Source: Eledone cirrhosa (taxonomy: Eukaryota). Taken from it: DNA of 64,000 bases. How positions within the stretch are numbered: the stretch's first letter is position 1; every line of letters begins with the position of its first letter. Below are positions 43,122 through 54,104 of the stretch, one piece after another. The position numbers were made by a program, and so were the translations under genes. The notes under the pieces are model-generated. The model had not been told where the DNA came from, searched no databases, and saw nothing but the letters and a program-made list of their open reading frames with translations. The DNA is taken from contig OZ024743.1 in assembly GCA_964016885.1 (NCBI GenBank), positions 350,052,001 to 350,116,000 of the forward strand, given 5' to 3'.

Positions 43122-45288
43122 TTGGATTTTAAACCAATACCGAATGTGGATAAATACCCTTTGGACTACTCTGTAAAGAATATCCCAACACCTTCTAATA
43201 CTCTCTACACGAAAATACTGATAGACAAAGTAGAGAAGGTTGTTAAAAGAATGAGATGGAAAGCTTTGATTCTCGACAGTCAACTTAACACGGATTCTAC
43301 GGAACATTTTGACATCAAAACTCACAAATACCCGCAAAGAGTAAAAGATATGACCGCCTTTGAATTAGATCTAGTTAACCTTATCAACAACATCAATTTT
43401 CGTAAGTACTCTAACCCCTTTCAATCCAAATTATCTAATGATATTTCTACTTTCAAATCTTCTAATAATAAGTTCATCTTCTCAGATAAAACTAAAAACC
43501 TATATGAAGTTAATAATAATTTACACGACCAACTATTAATAGATAATATCACCTCTAAATACCAAATAGCTAATATTAATACGTACCATAATATAAATAA
43601 GGAAGCTAAAGAATTAGCTTTTTCTTTAAAAATAGATAATAGGACAGAAAAACTTGCTAAACGTTCTGCGTATATCACCCTTAAAGATCATAAACCCGAC
43701 TTTATTAATCGCCCTAGTTGTAGATTAATCAACCCTGCTAAGACTGATATTGGTCTTGCCAGTAAAAAAATTTTAAATAAATTAAATACACACATTAGAA
43801 GTAAGTCTAAATTACTCCAATGGATAAATAGCTCTTCCGTAGTACATTGGTTTAATAATATTAAAAACAAAATCAGTTCTAGATTCACCCAATTCGATAT
43901 CGTAGATTTCTACCCATCTATTACTCAGACCCTTTTAGTGAAAGCTTTTAATTTCGCTAGAGGGTTCACTAATATCTCCGATATTGAAGAGGATGTAATC
44001 TTGCATGGTAGGAACACTCTACTTTTTAATGATAATGACACTTGGGTAAAAATATCTAACCCAGAGAACCCATTCGATGTCTCAATGGGCTCTTATGACA
44101 GTGCCGAGGTTTGTGATCTGGTCGGCCTATTCCTCTTACATACACTTAAAGAAAAATTTCCTAACCATATTTTTGGGCTTTATCGCGATGATGGTCTAAT
44201 ACTTTCCCATACCACCATAGGCCATAACTTAGATAGATTAAGGAAAGACTTAATAAAAACCTTTGCTAGTTTTAATCTTAAAATTACTATTGATACTAAC
44301 CTTTCCAACGTAGATTTCCTAGATATTAACTTAGATTTGCCTACTGCTTCTTATAAACCATACCATAAACCTAATGAAAACTTAAAATATATAAATAAAG
44401 GATCTTGCCATCCACCTATAGTTTTTAAAAACCTTATCCCTAATATTAGCCGTAGGATCTCCACCCTCTCTTCATCAGAAGCTATTTTCAATAAGGCATC
44501 CCCCTACTATAATAAAGCCCTCCAAAATAGCGGCTTTAGCGAACCGATTAAATACATACCTAACTACACTAACTCTATTAAACATAAAAATAGGAAAAGA
44601 AAAATAATCTGGTTCACCCCCCCCCCCCTACTCTCTAGCAGTTAAAACTAATGTAGGCAAAAAATTCCTAGAACTCTTAGATAAACATTTCCCTAGAACA
44701 CATAGATACTATAAGATCTTTAACAGAAACTGTGTTAAAATTAGCTATTCCTGCGGTCCCCCTATTAAGTCCTATATCCTCAACAAAACATCACCTAGAG
44801 AAAATCAAACTTGCTCCTGTAGAATCAAAAGTGAATGCCCATTACAAGGTAAATGCAACACCAAAGCCATTGTATATGCGGCTAATGTGACAACTATCAG
44901 CAACAACCATCCAGTCACCAGTGAACGATATGTGGGTATGACGCAAGACAAATTCAAAACGCGTTATTACTCACATGTCGCATCCTTTCGACATCCAGAA
45001 AAAAGATTTACAACAGCTCTGGCTAGCAGAATCTGGGATTTGAAAGACCAAGGCATCCAATATAAACTAGATTGGTCAATTTTGAACCAATCTAAAAAAT
45101 ATGCTAGAGGAACAAGAAAATGCACGCTCTGCATAAATGAAAAATTTTGGATATTGCAAAATCTCAAATCACCAAAGACCTGCCTGAACACAAAGATGGA
45201 AATTTTTACCAGTTGTCCACACATGAAATCACACCTGCTTTCCAGCTCATATAAACTTAACACACTTTCAGACACTTATCCTCCATAA
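43122..45288 (+). CDS. PLE RT / GIY-YIG polyprotein with one +1 frameshift in a C12 run at 44617-44628
   Basis: YSVKNIP, RMRWKA, FDIVDFYPSI, MGSYD, YRDDG; after the shift YSLAVKTNVGKKFL, CSCRIKSECPLQGKC, IVY..YVG, CTLC..EK, CPH. Confidence 0.88.
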
Positions 45289-46513
45289 ACTCTGATTATT
45301 CTCTTTTTAATTACCCTTTCTGACTTACTTTCATTCTTATCCTTGTCGATAATTTCATTTATTTTCACTTTTATTTATTTATTTATTTTTTTTTTTTTAC
45401 TTCACCCCCCCCCCCCCACCCCCCTCCTTTATTCTCCGATCAACTTCCTATTTTCTATTTTTTACTTCCCCTTTTCCTCTACTAACTGATTATACTTGTC
45501 TTTTGTGTTTTTCAATCCAGATCTATTTTTCATTTTTATTTTTATTTTATTTTTGCGCAGCCTATCTTACAATTTTATATTTGTATTTATTTATCCACAT
45601 TTCAATATGGCTGAACGCCTTAATGTGTGTATACTTTTTTTATATATGTACATGAGTGACTACGTATGTGCGCGCGCGTGCGTGCATGTATGTGTATATA
45701 TATATATATATATGTACGTGTATGTATGCGTGTGTGTACTGGTGTTTGTGTGTGTGCGTGTGTGTATATTATGCGTATGTGTAAGTGTCTTTATATCCGT
45801 GTTTTTGACATTTCGGTTTTATATTTTTTTGTTTCTTTTTTCTTCTCCCCCCCCCCCTTCTCTCTTTTGTTACTTACCCAGTTTCATACATGGGCATGCA
45901 AACAGGTTTATATGCGCGAGTATAAGTATGTGTGTTTGTGTGTGTGTATGTACGTATCGAACGTATGGAAGTGTAAGCGCGCGTGTGTATATAAGCATAA
46001 TTATTTTTACATTTCTTTTGTGAGACACGCGTGCCTGTGTATGTATGTATCCCCGCTTTTTTTGTTTTCTTTAATTTTTTTTTTTTTCTTTCTATCTTGT
46101 CTTTCTAATTTATCGTTACTATATTTTTTATAAATATATCGTAATAGATACTTTTCTTTTATTTATTATACTCTCTTCATCTCCTTACTTTCCGTATCTA
46201 AATGTACGAGTGTCCAGGCATTTTATGCGCGCGACTTTATTTTCTTATTTTTACAAAGTAACCATTTCCGTCTGCATAATACAGACATATAGATACATTT
46301 GCCCTAAATTTTTATAATTACGCACACTTTCTAACCATACATTTATACGTGCACATATACATATATGCACATCTATGAGCGTATATACATACACATACAC
46401 ACACCTAACTATTTTTCTTGATAGATTTTTATATATTTCAATTTCTATTTCATTTATCTATATATTTTTTTGATTTTCTTGATGTGTTTTTCTAAGTATT
46501 TGCCCATGTTTTA

Positions 46514-46593
46514 TATTGCCTCGTCTGACGAACGAATGAAGTCGTTTATTTCGTATTCGCCTCATTCGGGAAACCTCTGGTAATGAGGTAATA
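46514..46593 (+). ncRNA. Type I hammerhead ribozyme in the 3' pseudo-LTR
   Basis: tattgcctcgt CTGACGA a cgaatga..tcattcg g GAAA cc tct gg TA atgaggtaata; 11-bp stem I, GUA site. Confidence 0.85.
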
Positions 46594-46688
46594 ATATTGT
46601 ATTGATTTTATACATTAAATTTTGCTCTGATACTGACATAGAGCACTCTTCATTTCTATGACCTTTTCTGTTTCTAACTGAAATTTCA

Positions 46689-46689
<1 letters not shown>

Positions 46690-46760
<71 letters not shown>

Positions 46761-46847
46761 ATATATATATATATATGTGTATATATATATATATGTGTAT
46801 ATATATATATATATGTGTATATGTATATATATATGTATATGTATATG

Positions 46848-46880
<33 letters not shown>

Positions 46881-46945
46881 GTATATATATGTATATTTAT
46901 ATATATATATATGTATATTTATATATATATATGTATATGTATATG

Positions 46946-46976
<31 letters not shown>

Positions 46977-46995
46977 GTATATGCATATGTATATG

Positions 46996-47026
<31 letters not shown>

Positions 47027-47138
47027 GTATATGTATATATATATGTATATATATGTATATGTGTATATATATGTATATATGTGTATATATATGTATATGT
47101 ATATATATGTATATGTATATATATATGTATATATATAT

Positions 47139-47170
<32 letters not shown>

Positions 47171-47428
47171 GCATATATATATGTATATATATATGTATAT
47201 ATATATATGCATATATATATGTATATATATATATATGCATATATATATGTATATATATATATATGCATATATATATATGTATATATATATGTATATATAT
47301 ATATATATGCATATATATATGTATATATATATATATGCATATATATATATGCATATATATATGTATATATATATATATATATGCATATATATATTTATAT
47401 ATATATATGTATATATATATATATGCAT
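46690..47428. repeat. Interrupted (TA)n tract
   Basis: Direct observation. Confidence 0.95.
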
Positions 47429-48106
47429 AAATACGGCGATCTTATCTTAAACCTTACATTCTGTCATATTTTCATATTCTGTCGTATTTTCATATCAAAA
47501 CAAATCACTATTATATATTCCTTTAAATATAATTTGTTAAACTTGCTAAGTTTTACGCAAAACTTCGAGTACCTATTTAAACTCTTAACCTCTGCTCCAT
47601 CCCATCTTCTACCCCCTACCCATTCATCATGCTGGTTCCTGCCCCCCCCTCCCTCTCTATACATATAAGATAAAACCCTACCAAAATTAATCAAAATCGC
47701 CAACTCGCTATTTCTGGGATGGCTGTTCCCTTCGGTTCCTTCGGTATAAAGTAACGTTCAAATTTTTCTCGATTCTTCTCTCCATTCGAACCCATTCATT
47801 CAATCACTTCTATGTCCTAATTTCACACTATATCATATTTTCACCATTCTATATCATATCTTTTCTCTAAAAATCATATTTTCCCTATCACCGCATTTTC
47901 TCTATCGTATTTTCTTAAACAAACAAATCTTGTATTTTCGTTTATTGTTAAATTATGCCCAAAATACGGCGATCTTATCTTAAACCTTACATTCTCGCTA
48001 ACAACCCATCGTCCCTCCCTCCCGCCCCCACGCACCACCATTATTATTACTTGGACCAATCATAAGTCAGAGGCCCATACTATCGCTTAACTGGTTGCTT
48101 TTCGAT

Positions 48107-51100
48107 ATGATGGATGGACTACGGAATTCTGGAGAGTTGAAGAGAGAAAAATGTGGACGCTCAGCGACAATGCCAAAGATAAAGCCAAATTCACCTCGTG
48201 GACGAGAATGCAAGCACTCCTCCTTGTTTCGGCCCAGGATGGCTAACATAACCCCATCCCCCCCCGCGCCCCACCGCTCCCACCCTCCAAACGCAATCCA
48301 AAACTTCAGAGTTGGTACCATGAATGTAGGCACCTTAAAGGGTCGCTCTAACGAGGTTGTAGAAATGCTTGAACGTAAGGAGGTCGATGTTTGTTGTATT
48401 CAAGAGACCAGGTGGAGGGGAGGGTCGGCTAGATTCATCGTGGGTAAAGAACGATGCTATAAGCTTTTCTGGGCGGGAAATGACAATGGGTTGGGTGGGG
48501 TAGGAATCATGGTAGCAGAAAAGTGGGCAGATAAGATAATAGACGTAAATAGAGTGAACGACAGAATAATTAAAATAAGACTTGTCCTCAATAAAACTAC
48601 GGTGACAGTAATATCTGCGTACGCACCCCAATCCGGACTGCCCGGCGCTATAAAAGACAGATTCTACGAGACACTGATGCTCGCTACCTCCCAAATAACC
48701 GACAGTGACTATATAGTTATTGCAGGCGACCTAAATGGTCACGTTGGACAACATTGTGACGGCTATGACGGAATCCATGGAGGCTATGGGTTCGGTACTA
48801 GAAATGAGGAAGGCTCCAGAATCCTGGAATTCTGCGACGCAAATAACTTAACTATCTGTAACACTAACTTCAAAAAACGAGACAATCACTTGATCACCTA
48901 TAGATCCGGGGAACACACAAGCCAGGTAGATTATATCCTTACCAGAAGACGTGACAGAGTGTCTGTTGTTAACACTAAATCCCACCCCCATGAAGAATTC
49001 ACCTCCCAACATAGACTGATAATTAGCGACCTCATAGTCAGGACGAGACGTACTAGACAGCGGAAGAGGACTATCCTCAGGAGAAAAATATGGAAGCTAA
49101 AGGACCCCATAGCCAGAAATAAATTTCAAAGCATATTACTTGACGCTTTTGACAGTAAGGAAGAGCAATTAGAGTCGTATAATATAGAGGAACAGTGGGA
49201 ATTCCTGAGAGCAAACCTGCTGACGGCGGCAGACGAAGTCTGTGGCTGGAGCAGGCCTGTAGGTAGGAGGAGAGTAACATGGTGGTGGAACAGTAAGGTG
49301 GAGGAGTCAATTAAGGCCAAAAAGCAGGCTTGGAAAGTATGGCGGGATGGGGGAAGTAGAGAAGACTATCAAGTGGCCAGGAGGGAAGCTAGGAGACAAG
49401 TGTACTTCGCAAGAAGGGAAGCAGAGGAAAGAAAGTTCAAGCATGTTCTACAACGTGAGGACCAAAAACGTGAGGTGTTCAGGATTGCCAGGCAATGTGT
49501 CAAGGAAAACCGTGATATTGTCGGGGAGAAGTGTGTACTTAACGATGATGGCATACTTGCCATCACCGACGCTGATAAGAAGGTAGCTTGGAAGTGTCAC
49601 TACGAAAGGCTTCTAAATGAGGAGAACAAATGGGAGAAAGACAGTCTCCCCCAGATCGATCCAATAGAGGGACCAGCAGTGTTAGTTGAAGGTAGTATAA
49701 TAAGTAAGGCAATCAAAGATATGAAGACGGGTAAGGCGGCTGGGCCTTCGGAAATAGTTGCTGAGATGCTGAAGGCATCTGGTTCGGTGGGACACACCAT
49801 GGTCACCCGGATAGTTAACCAAGTCATACAGAATGGAGTTGTTCCGAAGGAATGGCGTAGCAGCATCATCGTTAACTGCTATAAGGGAAAAGGAGATGCC
49901 CTAGATAGGAGTAACTATAGAGGCATTAAATTAATCGACCAGGTCATGAAGGTCACGGAAAAAGTAATAGCGCAACTAATCAGAGAGAGAATTGATCTAG
50001 ATGAAATGCAGTTCGGGTTTGTGTCAGGCAAAAGTACCACAGACGCTCTTTTCATTGTACGACAACTACAGGAGAAGTACCTAGCTAAAAGTAAACCCCT
50101 ATACTTAGCTTTCGTCGACTTGGAGAAAGCCTTCGACAGAGTCCCCCGTTCCATTATCTGGTGGTCTCTTAGAAAACTAGGTGTTGACGAATGGCTTGTG
50201 AGAGCTATACAAGCCATGTATAAAGAAACAGTCAGTAAGGTTAGAATTAACAACGAATATAGTGAAGAGTTTAGCGTAAAAGTTGGTGTCCATCAGGGCT
50301 CTGTTCTTAGCCCCCTACTATTTATTATTGCCCTTCAGGCTATAACAGAGGAGTTCAAGACCGGCTGCCCATGGGAACTCCTATACGCAGATGATCTAAC
50401 GCTCATAGCTGAATCAATGACCGAACTAGAGAAGAAATTCCAAACATGGAAGCACGGCCTTGAATCAAAAGGCCTTAAAATTAACCTGGCTAAGACTAAA
50501 GTTCTAGTTTGTAGGAAAGAAAATAAGGCGGCGGTCCCATCGGGGAAATGGCCATGCTCAGTGTGTAGGAAAGGCGTAGGTAGAAACTCCATTTTATGTC
50601 CCAAATGCAAAGTATGGGTGCATAAAAGATGTAGTGGGATCACAGGTAAGCTAACTAAGAACATAGATTTTACATGTGGCCGGTGCTCTGGTGCAATAAG
50701 TAGCAGCAAGTGCCCACAAAATACTAGCTCCTTCAACTGCGCAGAGGGTTCTATAGAAATAGTGGACAGCTTCCGTTATCTGGGTGACAAAATCAGCAGT
50801 GGGGGAGGGTGCTCTGAAAGTACAGTAGCTAGAGTCAGAACTGGATGGAAAAAGTTCAGAGAGCTTATACCACTATTAGCCGCTAGAGGGTTCTCCCTAA
50901 AAATGAAAGGCAGGTTATACGATGCCTGCATACGAACAGCAATGCTGCATGGCAGTGAGACCTGGGCATTGTGTGCAGAGGATATACGCAGACTAGAGAG
51001 GAACGAAGCTTGCATGCTCCGCTGGATGTGCAATAGTAATATACGTGAACGGCAAAGCATAAACGAACTAAGGAAAAAATTAGAAATAAGAGGGATCAGA

Positions 51101-51831
51101 TGTTGTTTACTCGAGAGAAGGCTACGTTGGTACGGTCACGTGATGCGCATGAAAGACGACAGCTGTATAACAAAGTGCAGGGCAATAAAGATAGACGGTA
51201 ACCACGGAGTAGGCAGACCCAGAAAAACATGGGACGAGCTGATAAATTCCGACCTCACACGCTTACACCTCTCCAAGACAATGTCACTGGACCGAGACCT
51301 TTGGCGGTACTCAGTAATAGAGAAGACCCGCCTTACCTAAATACAAAGTAAAAACCTACTACAGTCAGTAGGCATCTCTATCAAAACACACCCCCGTCCC
51401 ACCACCTCCACCCCACCCACACCGCCCCTTTCAATGTAAAGTTATGTTGGTCCCACAACATCCAGGCCGAAACAAATGAGATCGTGTAGGTGTCACGACA
51501 AAAAACACAGTCCACGCTGTAAATGTGGCCGTGTAGGCAACACGGTAAAAACCTCCCAGCCCCACACTGTAAATGTGGTTGGTGTTAGGAAGGGCATCCA
51601 ACTGTAGAAAACCCGCCAGACAGTCCACGCTGTAATGTGGCCGTGTAGGCAACACGGTAAAAACCTCCCAGCCCCACACTGTAAATGTGGTTGGTGTTAG
51701 GAAGGGCATCCAACTGTAGAAAACCCGCCAGACAGTCCTATGCGAGCAAGACAACCACTCTTACCTCAAGTGGGAAAACCCCCGTCCAAACCCATGCAAG
51801 CGTGGAACACGGACGCTAAACGTGATGATGA
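48107..51831 (+). mobile_element. Full-length intact RTE-clade LINE
   Basis: Single APE-RT ORF; structured 3'UTR; (GAT)n tail running into (TA)n. Confidence 0.95.
48170..51340 (+). CDS. RTE APE-RT polyprotein with a PHD-like finger inside the RT
   Basis: NVGTL, IQETRW, AYAPQ, GDLNGHVG, QVDYIL, SQH; FVDLEKAFD, HQGSVLSP, YADD, FRYLG, LRWYGHV; start may instead be ATG 48107/48110. Confidence 0.93.
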   Translation: MPKIKPNSPRGRECKHSSLFRPRMANITPSPPAPHRSHPPNAIQNFRVGTMNVGTLKGRSNEVVEMLERKEVDVCCIQETRWRGGSARFIVGKERCYKLFWAGNDNGLGGVGIMVAEKWADKIIDVNRVNDRIIKIRLVLNKTTVTVISAYAPQSGLPGAIKDRFYETLMLATSQITDSDYIVIAGDLNGHVGQHCDGYDGIHGGYGFGTRNEEGSRILEFCDANNLTICNTNFKKRDNHLITYRSGEHTSQVDYILTRRRDRVSVVNTKSHPHEEFTSQHRLIISDLIVRTRRTRQRKRTILRRKIWKLKDPIARNKFQSILLDAFDSKEEQLESYNIEEQWEFLRANLLTAADEVCGWSRPVGRRRVTWWWNSKVEESIKAKKQAWKVWRDGGSREDYQVARREARRQVYFARREAEERKFKHVLQREDQKREVFRIARQCVKENRDIVGEKCVLNDDGILAITDADKKVAWKCHYERLLNEENKWEKDSLPQIDPIEGPAVLVEGSIISKAIKDMKTGKAAGPSEIVAEMLKASGSVGHTMVTRIVNQVIQNGVVPKEWRSSIIVNCYKGKGDALDRSNYRGIKLIDQVMKVTEKVIAQLIRERIDLDEMQFGFVSGKSTTDALFIVRQLQEKYLAKSKPLYLAFVDLEKAFDRVPRSIIWWSLRKLGVDEWLVRAIQAMYKETVSKVRINNEYSEEFSVKVGVHQGSVLSPLLFIIALQAITEEFKTGCPWELLYADDLTLIAESMTELEKKFQTWKHGLESKGLKINLAKTKVLVCRKENKAAVPSGKWPCSVCRKGVGRNSILCPKCKVWVHKRCSGITGKLTKNIDFTCGRCSGAISSSKCPQNTSSFNCAEGSIEIVDSFRYLGDKISSGGGCSESTVARVRTGWKKFRELIPLLAARGFSLKMKGRLYDACIRTAMLHGSETWALCAEDIRRLERNEACMLRWMCNSNIRERQSINELRKKLEIRGIRCCLLERRLRWYGHVMRMKDDSCITKCRAIKIDGNHGVGRPRKTWDELINSDLTRLHLSKTMSLDRDLWRYSVIEKTRLT

Positions 51832-52077
51832 TATATGCATATATATATGCATATATATATGTATATATATATATATATATATATGCATATATATATGTAT
51901 ATATATATATATATATATATGCATATATATATTTATATATATATATATATGCATATATATATGCATATATATATGTATATATATATATATATATGCATAT
52001 ATATATTTATATATATATGCATATATATATGCATATATATATGCATATATATATGCATATATATATGCATATATATA

Positions 52078-52111
<34 letters not shown>

Positions 52112-52175
52112 TATATATATTTATATATATATGCATATATATATGCATATATATATGCATATATATATGCATATA

Positions 52176-52234
<59 letters not shown>

Positions 52235-52246
52235 ATATATATATAT

Positions 52247-52281
<35 letters not shown>

Positions 52282-52321
52282 TATATATATTTATATATAT
52301 ATATATATATGCATATATATA

Positions 52322-52386
<65 letters not shown>
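51832..52386. repeat. (TA)n/(TATATATGCA)n tract
   Basis: Direct observation. Confidence 0.95.
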
Positions 52387-52620
52387 GTAGCCTAGTTCAA
52401 GCTGTTTCATGATCAGGTGGTCGGCAACTAAACTGGCTCCCCGACTCGAGGAAGGTAAGTCAAAACTCAGCAGCAAGAAAGCATTAGCTGTGAAAGTGTG
52501 GCTGAACTCCACAGTCAACGGCCATCCACTCCAAGCATGGGTTAAATAGCCTCACCAACTTGCAATTGACAAAGGGTGGTGAGTACGGTTACATCTCCTG
52601 GAGATGTTAAACTACATGCC
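52387..52620 (+). mobile_element. LINE 5'UTR-like remnant, homologous to 55800-56030 (minus)
   Basis: Shared blocks cag.tcaa.ctgt.tcatg.tc.gg..gtcgg..actaaac.ggc and tcaacggccatcca. Confidence 0.5.
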
Positions 52621-53040
52621 AAAAACACATGCCATCTACGTGACTATCCTGTCATCTTGCCTTGGCTCGTCACTGGACACATAACTGCGAGGATGGAGTG
52701 GGTGTTATGTGAGTAGCACAAGCACGTAGCATTACCATCTTTATGTACAGATATTACTTCATAAGTGCCCACGTGGTGGAATAGTGGCAGCGTGTGCAGA
52801 TTCGACTGGATAGAAGCAGCTAGACACATATCTACATATGGGTGGCTCTAGTCTTATCCTAATGTCACTGCACTGCTAAATAGAAAGCTAACATGCTTTG
52901 GTAGAGCCTTGATCATCTGATCAGACCCTTTTGGGAACGCACATCACAACTATACAACATGGAAGAAAAAGGTGACCTAAAATAATTCTGTTCAGTCATC
53001 GAACTGGAGAGCAACCTACAGTTGGCGATGGTTCGTAATA

Positions 53041-53041
<1 letters not shown>

Positions 53042-53129
<88 letters not shown>

Positions 53130-53131
53130 AA

Positions 53132-53196
<65 letters not shown>

Positions 53197-53216
53197 TATA
53201 TATATATATATATAAA

Positions 53217-53248
<32 letters not shown>

Positions 53249-53261
53249 TATATATATATAT

Positions 53262-53336
<75 letters not shown>

Positions 53337-53383
53337 TATAATATATATATATATAATATATATATATATAAAATATATATATA
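53042..53383. repeat. (TA)n tract with taaaa interruptions
   Basis: Direct observation. Confidence 0.95.
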
Positions 53384-53384
53384 A

Positions 53385-53700
53385 GAGATTACGCAATAGC
53401 GATTGTCTAAACATAAGAAATGAATTCTTCACACGTTGTCCACATGTCAGGAAAGGAAACACCTGTTACATAACTACAAAGCTCCGGATTGAATTACAAC
53501 AACATCCTATTTTCTTATCAGCCAGAAACTTTCTCGCACGCAATTTACTATTGGCTGAGTGAAGTGACAGTTTCTGCGCATACGCTTTCATACGGGTGTC
53601 CTTTCTGTTCCGTTTAACCATGTCCATTACGAGCTGAGGATCAGCTAAGGTGAAACAATTGTTCTCGGTATGGTGAACTAACTGTTGTGTAACCATTTCT
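53385..53700 (+). mobile_element. Second Naiad-family 3' fragment with hammerhead at 53628-53670
   Basis: DCLNIRNEFFTRCPHVRK resembles CLNTKMEIFTSCPHMK of the full element; cgag CTGAGGA tcagctaaggt GAAA caattg TT ctcg. Confidence 0.75.
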
Positions 53701-53712
53701 CTATATATATAT

Positions 53713-53850
53713 ATATCTGAAGATGGCATATATAGGTGAAGGTATGTATATCTCCTCTGATAATTTGTAATATTTTTTTACATAAATCTTTAATATGAAA
53801 TACAGAAATACATGCATCACACATATATATCCCAGAAACGATTGTAAAAT
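53713..53850 (+). ncRNA. Hammerhead-like motif with a very long stem II
   Basis: atat CTGAAGA tgg catatata ggtga...tcac aca tatatat c cca GAAA cgattg TA aaat; weak stem I. Confidence 0.55.
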
Positions 53851-53958
53851 GATGATTTTTTCAATATAAGGAACCTGTTCTTTGTTTTTATTTCATTGTT
53901 TTTATTAATTCATATATATATATATATATATACTTGGACGTGGGTGTACGTGTGAACG

Positions 53959-54048
53959 CATATCTGAGGAGCTTCCGATCGCTGAGTCAGGATCGAACAT
54001 TAATCGATTTTTCCTCGAGTTAAGCGGCAATGAAACACGTGTAATATA
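53959..54048 (+). ncRNA. Hammerhead-like motif with extended stem II
   Basis: atat CTGAGGA gctt...aagc ggcaat GAAA cacgtg TA atat. Confidence 0.6.
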
Positions 54049-54104
54049 TAATTAAATATGTAAATGATGCAATACATATTCTTTTTTCCCTTTTAATATT
54101 AAGA

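Larger units (their letters stand above)
42205..46617 (+). mobile_element. Penelope-like element (Naiad-type) with inverted pseudo-LTRs
   Basis: RT + GIY-YIG ORF flanked by ~0.9-kb near-identical inverted arms (42205-43121, ~45705-46617). Confidence 0.9.

Noticed and set aside
43122-45288. Selenocysteine recoding, as reported for some Naiads
   Set aside because: No in-frame TGA within the RT or GIY-YIG frames
42505-46133. Hydrophobic ORFs in the pseudo-LTR arms
   Set aside because: Low-complexity GT/T-rich translation; frames differ between the two arms
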